Origin: Sphaerodactylus townsendi
Lineage: Eukaryota
Assembly (NCBI RefSeq): GCF_021028975.2
Contig: NC_059430.1
Location: 99,200,001-99,264,000, forward strand
Length of the DNA stretch: 64,000 nt
Direction: 5' to 3'
The position numbers were made by a program, and so were the translations under genes. Below the pieces are notes generated by a model, which saw only the letters and a list, made by a program, of their open reading frames with translations, ran no database searches and was not told the DNA's origin. Below are positions 1 through 9,893 of the stretch, piece by piece. Every line of letters begins with the position of its first letter. Within the stretch, counting starts at the first letter, position 1.

Positions 1-677
1 GAGATGACCAATTCTTTGCTGTCAATAGCTGAAATGGAAAAGCAGAATTTTGAATTGAATTTTAAAAATGGGAAATGTTATGTTACAAAGGAAGAGGAAT
101 TGTGTCTCATTGCATCTCAAATGAATGGACTGTACCACGTTAATCAATTGCCTGATGTTCCTATGAATGCAGAACAAGGTGAACTTGAACTTGAAAAATG
201 CAATGATGATTTTCAAACCAATTTAGCAAAAGCCTGCAACCACAAAAATTGCTTGAGCATATGGCATCAACGCCTAGGCCACTGTGCAAATGATACAATC
301 CTGAAAATGCATAAAGAAGCTTTGACTAAAGATATTGTTTTTGAAAACTGTGAAACTAACTTTTCTTGTGATTCTTGTCTACAAGCTAAAGCTGTGAACA
401 CATCTTATCCTAAACAGAGTGAGAGAAAAACGAAGCAACCTCTGGATCTAGTGCACTCTGGACATTTGTGGGCCACTTCCTGAAACGATTGGTAACTTTA
501 AATATTTTCTGACATTTATTGATGATTATTCTAGATATGTAACCACATTTCTTTTGAAAGAAAGATCTGAGACTCTGGACAGGTTCTAAGGACTATGTCA
601 GAATGGCATAGAACAAGTTCCAGCGAAATATTCAAGTCCTACGAAGTGATGGTGCTGGAGAATACACATCCAGAGCG

Positions 678-1898
678 ATGCAGGACTTCATGAAATCTGA
701 AGGAATTCAACACCAGACCACGGTTCCATATTGCCCAGCTCAAAATGGCACTTCAGAAAGAGCTAATCGAAGTCTACTGACCAAGGTAAGGTGCATGCTC
801 ATTAATGCACACCTTCCTCAGCACTTCTGGGGAGAAGGAATCATGACAGCTACATACATACACAATAGGCTGTACACTAGAGCCACAGGCCTAACACCTT
901 TTGAACTTTGGCAAGGTTACAAGCCATCAATGGCACACCTAAGAGTCTTTGGATGCACAGCTTATGTATATGTTTGCAAAGAAAAACGAAAGAGTAAGTT
1001 TGAACCAAGAGCCAAGAAAGCAATCTTCCTTGGATATTCTGCTCAATCAAAAGCTTATCGCTTGATGAACGCTGATACACAAGAGATCATGATCAGCAGA
1101 TCTGTTCAATTTGAGGAAAATGAAATGGCCATGTCTCCAGAGGGGGCACACGATGACCAGACCAAGCCCCAGCAAGACTGGCTGATGTATCCTGTTGCCA
1201 ACGATGCACAGAGAGATGACAGCGCAGATTTAGATGACAACCAAGATGTATTTGATGAACCAGAAGAAATTCCAGATGTAGATGTTGAACCAGAGTACCT
1301 ACCAATACCAGCAGCAGTTGCAGAGGGGGAAGAAAGCCCAAGAGATGAGGTGAGACGATCAGAACGCACAAACAAAGGAGTACCACCTGCAAGACTGGGA
1401 ATTTCCTACCTCGCAAACTCGGCGTTAGATGAACCGAAGTCATGGGAAGATATATCCCACTTTCCACCACTAGAGGCGCAGAGATGGAAGCAAGCTGCAC
1501 TTGATGAGATGAACTCTTTAGAACAAAATAAAACTTGGACTTTAACGAAATTGCCAGAAGGAAGAAAGGCAATTGGCTGTAAATGGGTCTTTAAGCTGAA
1601 ACATGATGCAGATGGCCAAGTGCAATGCTACAAAGCAAGATTGGTTGCTAAAGGCTACTCTCAAAAATATGGAGAAGATTATGATGAGACCTTCGCACCT
1701 GTTGTGAAACACACTACAGTCAGAACTTTGCTGAGTGTTGCAGCAAGCAAAAGGATGCAAGTTCAGCACATCGATGTGAAGACTGCATTTTTGCATGGTG
1801 ATTTGGATGAGACGATTTTTATGCAGCAACCTCCAGGATTTCACGTAAAGGGCAAGGAAAATTACGTCTGCTGTCTCCACGCTCTCTTTACGGTCTGA
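678..1898 (+). CDS. pol: copia pol ORF fragment: integrase core C-half, SH3-like domain and RT N-half
   Basis: 406-aa ORF with GIQHQTTVPYCPAQNGTSER, LPQHFWGE, FLGYS, KARLVAKG and DVKTAFL. Part of the frameshifted pol. Confidence 0.85.
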   Translation: MQDFMKSEGIQHQTTVPYCPAQNGTSERANRSLLTKVRCMLINAHLPQHFWGEGIMTATYIHNRLYTRATGLTPFELWQGYKPSMAHLRVFGCTAYVYVCKEKRKSKFEPRAKKAIFLGYSAQSKAYRLMNADTQEIMISRSVQFEENEMAMSPEGAHDDQTKPQQDWLMYPVANDAQRDDSADLDDNQDVFDEPEEIPDVDVEPEYLPIPAAVAEGEESPRDEVRRSERTNKGVPPARLGISYLANSALDEPKSWEDISHFPPLEAQRWKQAALDEMNSLEQNKTWTLTKLPEGRKAIGCKWVFKLKHDADGQVQCYKARLVAKGYSQKYGEDYDETFAPVVKHTTVRTLLSVAASKRMQVQHIDVKTAFLHGDLDETIFMQQPPGFHVKGKENYVCCLHALFTV

Positions 1899-1927
1899 AA
1901 CAGGCTGCGAGATCTTGGAATACAAAA

Positions 1928-2974
1928 TTGAACCAAATGCTACTTGATGCAAAATTTCAACGAAGTGAGGCTGACCCATGCCTTTATGTCAGGAACAAAA
2001 ATGGACAATGGACTTATATTTTAGCATATGTAGATGATTTACTTCTAGTCTACGAGAACACAGAAGACTACAAGAACTTAATACACCATCTTAGCACACA
2101 AGTTGAAATTAAGCAACTAGGAACAGTTGCACACTACTTAGGAATTCAAATAGAGAGAGAGAAAGACGGGAGTTTCCTTTTGAATCAACAACAGAAGATC
2201 ACAGACCTAATCAACTTACTGGATCTACACGATGCACATCCAGCTCCCATACCTATACAAGTCAATTATATCAAACAAGATGATCCCACTGAATTACTCT
2301 CTCATAACACCAAGTATAGAGAAGCTTTAGGAAAACTTCTATACATAAGTACATTGACCAGACCAGATATAGCAATAGCAGTTGGTCTATTGTGCAGAAA
2401 GACTGCTTCACCAACAGTCAAGGACTGGAATGCACTGAAGACGCTTTCTAGATATCTGAAAGGAACCGCACATCTTAAACTGAAACTGCCAGCTACCAAA
2501 GATGCTACACTAATAGCTTATGTTGATGCAGATTGGGCCGGAGACTCAACTGACAGAGCATCTACCAATGGGCAGATCATTTGCTTTGGCAATGGTCCTA
2601 TTAGTTGGTCTAGTACCAAACAAGACATAACAGCAGCATCTACCACAGAAGCAGAATATGTGTCTGCTGCTCACGTTTGTCACGAGTTACAGTGGTTATG
2701 CCAACTCCTAAAGGATCTAGGCATAGACACACCACTTCCTATACCAGTGTATGAAGATAACCAAAGTTGCATTAAACTATCTAAACAAGAAGATGTGAAG
2801 AAGCGCACCAAGCACATTGATGTGAAGTACCACATAGTGAGAAGACTGCAAAAGAATGGCCTCATTCAACTGATCTACTGTCACACCACTGAGATGCTTG
2901 CAGACCTCTTCACTAAACCCCTACCGAGACCTGCTTTTGAGAAGTTTAGAAGCAAGATAAGCCTGGCTACCTGA
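1928..2974 (+). CDS. pol: copia pol ORF fragment: RT C-half (YVDD) and RNase H
   Basis: 348-aa ORF with DPCLY, YVDD, TRPDI, DADWAGD, TEAEY and ADLFTKPL. Confidence 0.88.
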   Translation: MNQMLLDAKFQRSEADPCLYVRNKNGQWTYILAYVDDLLLVYENTEDYKNLIHHLSTQVEIKQLGTVAHYLGIQIEREKDGSFLLNQQQKITDLINLLDLHDAHPAPIPIQVNYIKQDDPTELLSHNTKYREALGKLLYISTLTRPDIAIAVGLLCRKTASPTVKDWNALKTLSRYLKGTAHLKLKLPATKDATLIAYVDADWAGDSTDRASTNGQIICFGNGPISWSSTKQDITAASTTEAEYVSAAHVCHELQWLCQLLKDLGIDTPLPIPVYEDNQSCIKLSKQEDVKKRTKHIDVKYHIVRRLQKNGLIQLIYCHTTEMLADLFTKPLPRPAFEKFRSKISLAT

Positions 2975-2987
2975 GTCAAGAAACATC

Positions 2988-2996
2988 GAGAGGGGG
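2988..2996 (+). promoter_or_regulatory. polypurine tract (plus-strand primer)
   Basis: GAGAGGGGG directly abuts the TG of the LTR. Confidence 0.85.
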
Positions 2997-3516
2997 TGTT
3001 GGAAGTGAAGGACTTTGTTACGCTGTTTCCTGCCTCAACCTACAGAGGGGTTTTTTTTTTTACTAGAGAGCTAGTGGCTAGATAGGGACCTAGGGATTTG
3101 ACACCTTTACTCTATCATGCTGGTTCTATCCCTTTGATGTTAGACTGATACTCTCAGGGACTTCCTTCCTTCCGGCTTCTTCCTCGACCCCTTCTCACCA
3201 CTTCTTCCTGCCATGCCTAGAGAGAGGATGGATGCTCCTCGCATCCATCTCCATCCAGCTAGATTAAGATAGCATAGTGACTCTATCTACCTACCTTTCT
3301 ATCTAGAATGGAGTTCACTAATAAATACTCTTTTTATTAGATAAGAAACTATAACTGACTCCGACTTTCTTTTGTGTAAGCTTGCCGCACATTGGGACTC
3401 ATCACGCACACGCACGCACACGAGGTAAGGCTTCTGCTGTGTTCTAGCCACCCGTGCCGCTCTGCTAACTACGATAAAGAGATAATCTCCAACTACAAGG
3501 AGCTCTTATCCCAACA
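2997..3516 (+). repeat. 3' LTR of the copia element (520 bp)
   Basis: TGTTGG/CCAACA terminal inverted repeats, AATAAA at 3320-3325, homologous to the LTRs at 5160 and 33459. Confidence 0.93.
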
Positions 3517-3914
3517 ATTTGGAGGGCAAGATCTCTCCCTTGTTTCTTTCATCCGCTTTCTTCCAACCCCCATCATGGCTGGCCTCATACTGACACCCTG
3601 CTTTCCATAATGCATTCTTCATGTCCACACTCTTGAATTATTGAGCTGGCCCCCTTCCTAATATATTATTTATCTTATTTTCTGTTGTGGTCTGTTATTT
3701 ACAAAGCCTTTCATGTTGGCCGGCTTTTCAGTTTGTTGGTCTAGCTTGTTTGGGTGACAAGGCCAAATCTAGGGAACATCTGGAGCACTCGCTTTTAATG
3801 GCTAGTGACAAGCTGCATTAACCGGGTGTCTCCTTTGCTGATTCCCATCTTGCAGACACTATCCCTAGAGCACCGAGAAGAAAAGCAAGTGGATGACCAG
3901 AATTAAAGCTGTGC

Positions 3915-4195
3915 CAGAGTTTTCTAGATCAAATCAAATCTGAACTCCCCCTAGACACTAAAATGACTAAACAGAGGCGATCATACTTTGGTCTCATTAT
4001 GAGAAGACTGGAAAAGGCAATAATGCTAGAAATAGTTGAAGGCAGGAGGAAGACTCAACACGAGATGAGATGGATTGACTCAATAAAGGAAGCCACTGCC
4101 TTCAGTTTGCAAGATCTGAGCAAAGATATTAATGACAGGATATTTTGGAGGTCATTTATTCATAAGGTTGCCAAAAGTCAGAAGTGATAGCAAAC
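3915..4195 (+). mobile_element. RTE-BovB LINE 3' fragment
   Basis: Translates as YFGLIMRRLEKAIML..EGRRK..RWIDSIKEAT..SLQDL, a BovB/RTE C-terminus. Confidence 0.8.
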
Positions 4196-4321
4196 AGCAC
4201 ATACAGGGTTTCACATCTTTTTCTGTCCCCCTTTCCCTGAATTGATGGTTAACTTTTGCTCCCTTCATGGAAGCTCTTGACATTTATCACAGGCACATGG
4301 TGAAGGTCTTACATTATATAA

Positions 4322-4461
4322 CAGTGGTGGTGAACCTTTGGCACTCCAGATGTTATGGACTACAATTCCCATCAGCGCCTGCCAGCATGGCCAATTGGGG
4401 GCTGGGGCTGATGGGAATTGTAGTCCATAACATCTGGAGTGCCAAAGGTTTGCCACCATGG
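4322..4461. mobile_element. palindromic hAT MITE
   Basis: Near-full self-complementarity and 8-bp TSD TTATATAA on both sides. Same family at 17523 and 37292. Confidence 0.9.
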
Positions 4462-5159
4462 TTATATAATATACCGTGTGACTAGATGTGCTTCACTGCG
4501 GACATGCCCACTAGTCAAAACATACCTTGTTCAAACTCCAACAGCCACCTGCATGGAGAGCTGATGCTCACATTGCCTTGAAGATGCTGCTGAAATAGTT
4601 CATCACACACTCTCAACCTACCTACCTAACAGGGCCGTTGTGAGGATAAAATGGAGACGAGGAGAACAATGTAAGCCATTTTTGGTCCCCTCTGAGGAGA
4701 AAGACAGGGTATCAGTGAAGTAAACAATAACTAATATAATAAATGAATTACCGTGAATTTGCACCTGTGCATCAGGAGAGTTAGGTAATCCACATTCTGG
4801 CTGTCTAATACAGAAACTAAAAAGTTCTTGGTTCAGAGAAATCAAAATTTACTCTCATGCCTCATTGCTGGTAAGAGGGCAAGAGTCTTCACACTTTTTA
4901 AGAGTGAACTGGTTAAACAAACTAAAATTAAACATCCAAGTAATATGTGCAAATGTTATTGCAAAATATTACTTACTTTACTTTATTTGTCCAGCTTGCT
5001 TGTGAGACTCAATGTGGATTACAATTTTTAAACAATGGGATAAAACAAGGAATAAAATTGGATTACAAGATTACGGGATGATGCAATACAAATATGAGAA
5101 AAGTCCTGCTGGATCAGGCCAGTAGTCCACTGAGTTCAGATCCCATCCAGGGGCATAAT

Positions 5160-5658
5160 TGTTGGAAGAAAGGGACTTTACGCTGTTTCCTGCCTCATCC
5201 TACAGAGGGGTTTTTTTATTAGCGAGCTAGTGGCTGGATAGGGACTTAGGAATTTGTCACCTTTACTCTATCATGCTGACTCTATCCCTTTGATGTAGAC
5301 TGATACTCTTAGGGACTTCCTCCCTTGCTTCCGCCTTCTTCTCAGAACCTCTCCATCTTACTTTCACCATGCCTAGGGAGAGGATGCATGCCTCGGGCAT
5401 CCGCCTCCATCCAGCTAGATTAGATTAGTTAGTGAACCTATCTCTCCACCTTTCTATCCAGAATGGAGTTCACTAATAAATACTCTTTTCATTAGATTAG
5501 AAACTACAAACAACTCTGACTTTCTTTTGTGTCTGAAGTTCTCTCTAGCAAGCTCAGCCACGCATGTGTGCCCAGGTAAGCTTCCCTGTGTTCAGCCTCT
5601 GTGCCGCTCTGCTACTTTTGTAAGGGAAACACACGCACCAGGTGTGGTTCTCCCAACA
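5160..5658 (+). mobile_element. solo copia LTR
   Basis: TGTTGG...CCAACA ends, 5-bp TSD ATAAT (5155-5159 and 5659-5663), U3/R homologous to the 2997 LTR. Confidence 0.93.
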
Positions 5659-5663
5659 ATAAT

Positions 5664-6210
5664 GAGGGTGGGCCAAGGGAGGGCTCTTCGCCTAGGTGCC
5701 AGTTGCCTGGGCACACCTTGGCTGCCCCCCTCCCACCGCTGCAGGGGGAAAAAGCCCATGGTTACTTTGCAGTTAAGCTTCATTTACTTCCAGGCTAGTG
5801 GCACCATAGTTAGGAATAGACTGGGGGCATGGACAAGGCCATGGACAAGGCCCTAACCGCCCCCCCCCCCCCAGTCTCCTCCCAGCAGCCATTCACCTGG
5901 AAGTACATTAAGCTTAATTTTAAAAGAACCACAGGCTTTTTTCCAGTGCTGCTGGTGGTGGGTCACTTTTCACTCCCCCTCCCCACTGCTGCAAAAGCCT
6001 ATGGACAATGACCAGTGGCCTCAGGTAAACGTGGGCCTGAGGCCTCATTCACAATTCAAAGTAATGGGAGGCCAGGTCCACCTATTGCTTCTTAATGGAA
6101 AGTAGACCAGCCTTCTGAAGGACTGGTTACACTCAATTGAAAGTAATGGGTAGACCTGGCCTCTGGTAAGGCCAATTCTACCCATTGCTTCTTAATGGGA
6201 GGTTAAGTAT
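5664..6210. mobile_element. degenerate non-autonomous DNA-transposon-like sequence, interrupted by the 5160 LTR
   Basis: CAGGGGC-type start at 5148 just before the LTR, and internal arrays of short inverted repeats (AATGGGA/CCCATT, AGGCC/GGCCT). Confidence 0.3.
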
Positions 6211-6801
6211 TTTGGCAACAGAGGGAGGAGTCAGGGGGAGGTCACAGATGGGGCAGGGCTGGGGTATAACAGGCTGGGGATGGAGACAGCCCGGTTCATA
6301 AAATAAGCTTTCTGCTAGTGAAGAATAATCTTGCAGACCATGTGCTTCCCTTGGAGAAGGTCTTCAGTTCTAAAAGAATCTCGGGAAGGAGATCTAAGAC
6401 TTCTCAAACTCCTGAAGAACCACTGGCAAAGGAGTACACTGACCTAGTTCATAGGAAGCTTAGATACATCAATACACGGTTTAGATAGGTAGGAAACTTC
6501 ATAGGCATGTTAAAGGTCATCACCTGTTACTGCACACCTGGATACATCTTCTGAAGTAGAATTCATTGGCATATCAATGTATGAGGAGTGAATACAGCAG
6601 AACTCAACCTCAAAGGCTTTTTGTGACAATCTGCGGTTGAAGAGTACTTACACAACTAAAATAAGCACATTTTGAAAAAGTGGTTCAGTAGAAAGTAAGT
6701 AGGTAAGTAGGGTTGTAAACAAGCAAGCAGTAAATGGTAATCATCAGTGCTCTGCCAATTATATATATATATGTAATATTTATTTATTTTTTAATAATTT
6801 C

Positions 6802-7130
6802 TGTTGCTGGCAGATTACTGCACAGAGAAGTGGTAACACACTAATTAAAGGGATTAAAGGTAAATGTTTATTAGGGAACTACTTTTCGGATAGGAAAGAG
6901 GGCGACAGAGATAGCATGCAGCACCCTAGCTAGCTTGGGAGAGAGTCTTTACTCAACTTCTGAGAAGAAGCAGGATATTAAACCTGAGAGTATTAGTCTA
7001 GGGGCAGACAAGAGTCACGCAAGGTGGACAGAAGGGTCACTAACTTTACAGCTCTATCTGACCACTCACCTGCCCCCTACTGGGGCTTCTTCCCAGTTCC
7101 TTTACAAGTTGGACATTGCTGCTTCCAACA
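6802..7130 (-). mobile_element. older divergent copia-type solo LTR
   Basis: TGTTG...CAACA ends. The minus strand starts TGTTGGAAG and shares the TAGACT-ATACTCTCAG and AGTTC-CTAATAAA motifs with the 2997 LTR. Homologous to 12906-13196. No clean TSD. Confidence 0.7.
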
Positions 7131-7392
7131 TTTATCTCCTTTCCCTTTTTGTCCTCAAAAGAGCCATCCTATTGGCTAACAAATTTAACCATACATGATA
7201 AAAACCACACTTAAAACCATTAAAAGCAACCCACCACTTCATTTAAACAATTTAAACCAGAGCTAAAATAAACCATTTAAACCATTTGAACCAGAGCTAA
7301 AATACTTATGGCTTAAAAGGCATAAAAAGAACAATTAAAACACTGGGCAGGAAAGTAGGGAATCACAGTACACTTTTCATAATACACACATT

Positions 7393-7495
7393 TAGAATAG
7401 AATAGAATAGAATAGAATCTTTATTGGCCAAGTGTGATTGGACACACAAGGAATTTGTCTCCGGTGCATATGCTCTCAGTGTACATAAAAGAAAA
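7393..7495 (-). mobile_element. LINE 3' end (Rex1/Babar-like) with (ATTCT)n tail
   Basis: On the minus strand AATAAA is followed by an (ATTCT)n microsatellite. Resembles a common squamate LINE terminus. Confidence 0.5.
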
Positions 7496-7612
7496 AAAGA
7501 AAGAAAAGAAAATAAAGAAAAAGAAAAGAAAAGAAAAGAAAAAAAAAGAAAAAAGAAAATAAAAGAAAATAAAAGAAAATAATTACATAATTACATAATT
7601 ACATAATTACAT
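7487..7612. repeat. (AAAAG)n followed by (ATAATTAC)n microsatellites
   Basis: Read directly from the sequence. Confidence 0.9.
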
Positions 7613-8611
7613 TCGGGGAACATTTATTGAGTGAATGTATTAATCTAATTTGAGAACTCCCACCCACCCAGCCCTTTGAAAGTTAATCTCTCTCCCTCAT
7701 TTGAACTCATTTGTTTTAAGGCTTGGGCACAATCAAGTCCAATTTAACCTTAGATTGTTTCAGTGGAAGAGCGCTTGGGGTGTGCCTTGTGTGATATCCT
7801 ATCTGAAGGCTCAGTGCGGAAGATATCTGTTCCCAGCTTACGCTCCTCAGAGGACATTTCAAGGGCAGTAGCCCTGTGGCATTTTCTATCTATCCCCCTT
7901 TTTCAGCTGTTGGTTCTGGTCTGCAGGCAGCAGGTCAAGAGAAGCAAGCAGCTGTTGCAGGGATATGCCTGTTGCCAAGGGCTATTTGTCATCATTAGTG
8001 CCTCCGTGAAAGCTATTAGGAGTCACTCAAAGCCTTGGGGAATTCACCAGGGCAAGGGTCAAGATCCGGATCATCCTCAGCCACGTAAATCCAGCAGTTG
8101 CCTTTCTGAAAAAGAGATTTTTCCCTCACCTAATTTCTGGTCCCTCGTTATCTCTCAACTTCTCCAAGTGCCAGGTGTGTTGAATTTGTGTTTTGTTGAT
8201 GCACACTGGATTGTGATACCTCTTCCAAAGGAGAATATGTATCCTGACTTTTGATGAGGGGAAGAAAAAGAGAGTGGGCATTCAAAAATCTGTTCGATTC
8301 TATAAAGTTATGGAAAGGGCTGCGTTTGTTTTCTGCAATCACAGTACACAAATTCTCAACCTGGTACTAAGTAATCTCAGCTTTAAAAACACAAAAAGCC
8401 AGGAGGGAGACTAGAACATATGTGAGGGCAATATCTGCTAACATCTCAAAACCAAGAGGTGGAAAGTGAAGGACTGGGCACTGCTGTAATCTGTGGTTGA
8501 GGTTCAGTGTCTTCCATGGATCTCACTGTCCCTTTGCCATCACTGCCTTTCACTGGGACCAAGAGATGAGGCAGGATGAACTTTACAACCACTGTTTCAT
8601 AGGACCACATA

Positions 8612-8824
8612 GGGTTGGATCCAGGATAAACTGACCTTTAATAGAAAGCCCTCATGTCAGCAGAACAGAAATTTCCCTCCTTCCTACTTCCCAATATAGT
8701 CCACTGATCTCCCTGAAATGTGATTCCTGGGGGTCAGGGGACCCTCAAAAATGGCATGAGAGGGTTAGGGAATCCACCAGAAGAAAACTGGTAGCAACTA
8801 GCAGGTTTAATCTGGATCCAACCC
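8612..8824. mobile_element. PIF/Harbinger-type MITE
   Basis: 13-bp TIR GGGTTGGATCCAG/CTGGATCCAACCC with 3-bp TSD ATA. Confidence 0.8.
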
Positions 8825-8963
8825 ATAGCATCACATAGTGACAAAACAACACCCTTAAGAAAGGAATCCATTCCAATGTGCTCTTCTGTTTGAGGCTACA
8901 GAAAAGTTATTGAGTCAGTTCTCAGTGTTTCAGCCACTGCATCATGGCAGCAATCTTGCCATC

Positions 8964-8977
8964 CTGCCACCTGGTGG
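8964..8977 (-). promoter_or_regulatory. candidate CTCF site
   Basis: CCACCAGGTGGCAG on the minus strand matches the CTCF core consensus. Motif match only. Confidence 0.4.
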
Positions 8978-9101
8978 ATTAGCCTCTCCCAATTACTCTG
9001 AAAGCACACTCAATTGCTAGCTCCACAACCTTTAGCCAGAGTATCCCCACTCCTGCATGCTACAGACCAGCATCTGGTCTAAAGCCTTCCACCTTTGTGA
9101 A

Positions 9102-9204
9102 ACATTATTCCTTGGATCAGACAGGTCAGGGCAAAAGCTAACTTCAGGTCAGACAGGTCAGGACAGAATCAGACATTATTCCTTGGATCAGACAGGTCAG
9201 GGCA
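9102..9204 (+). repeat. local tandem duplication containing DR3-spaced AGGTCA half-sites
   Basis: The 32-bp unit ACATTATTCCTTGGATCAGACAGGTCAGGGCA occurs at 9102 and 9173, with a partial copy between. Confidence 0.85.
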
Positions 9205-9389
9205 GAATCTAGCTTCAATTTAATGTCTTATTCTCATACTATTGCCACTGCTGATAGATCATCTTGCTAACCTCTTTCACAGGTACACCTGCCCAAATGC
9301 CACAAAAAGGAAGTAGCAGACTGTAGCTGATGCTGTTCGAGTGAATATGTAGTCACACCGTCTGCCCCCCTTCCCTGGAACAGGTGATA

Positions 9390-9893
9390 TTTGTATGTGT
9401 AAAGTGCAGTCAAATCTCAGCAGATTTATAGTTTAGTTTAGTTTATTCAATTTACATCCCGCCCTCCCCCAAAGGGCTCAGGGCGGCACACAACAATAGT
9501 GTAAGTAACAATATCAATTGGAGACAAGAGACAAACAAGTTGCTATTGCCTGCCTCCAGTGGCGTAGCTACCATGAGGCGGGGTGGGCACAGGCGCCCCA
9601 GGCGGATGCCATTAGGGTCACATGGGGGTGGAAAATCACCCCACCCTCCTCCTTCCCCCTCGCCCTGCCCTACCCTGCCAGGCCTTGCTGCCAGCTAAGG
9701 TAAGTGGGGTTCAGGAGTGGCGGTGGGGAGGGGCATGGGTGGCAGGGCTCCATTTTCCCTAGCTATGCCCCTGCTTGCCTCTGCTTAGTAACCCTGAACC
9801 TTCTTGGCAATCTCCCATCTAAGTACTAACCGGGGCTGGCCCATCTTAGCTCCTGAAATATGATGAAATCAGGCTAGCCTGGGCCATTCAGGT
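9390..9893 (-). mobile_element. 5S rRNA-headed SINE, interrupted by an L2-type tail (about 9430-9500) and a hAT MITE
   Basis: The minus strand near 9800-9893 resembles the 5S internal region (AGCTAAG..GGTTAGTACTTAGATGGGAGA). Confidence 0.6.
9557..9773. mobile_element. hAT (Tip100-like) MITE
   Basis: TIR CAGTGGCGTAGCTA/TAGCTATGCCCCTG with 8-bp TSD CCTGCCTC/CTTGCCTC. Confidence 0.85.

Larger units (their letters stand above)
4..2974 (+). pseudogene. pol: copia pol polyprotein (protease tail, GAG-pre-integrase Zn finger, rve integrase, SH3-like, RT, RNase H) with four lesions
   Basis: Motifs: NSLLSI, WHQRLGH..CDSC, HS/DICGP, FIDDYSR, RSDGAGEY, QNGTSER, FGC..AIFLGY, CKWVFKLK..KARLVAKGYSQ, HIDVKTAFLHG, SLYGLKQA, YVDD, YVDADWAGD, TEAEY, EDNQSCI, KHIDVKYH, ADLFTKPL. 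Lesions: +1 G at 460/461, +1 T at 587, TAG at 609-611, 1-nt deletion at about 1881. Confidence 0.93.
1..3516 (+). mobile_element. Ty1/copia LTR retrotransposon, 3' portion (5' part lies upstream of the window)
   Basis: Integrase precedes RT and RNase H (copia domain order). pol stops at 2974, the PPT GAGAGGGGG is at 2988-2996, and the LTR TGTTGG...CCAACA spans 2997-3516. Confidence 0.96.

Noticed and set aside
2997-5658. LTRs at 2997 and 5160 as the two ends of one element
   Set aside because: The 5160 LTR has its own ATAAT TSD and a different U5, and the intervening DNA is unrelated repeats with no PBS or gag.
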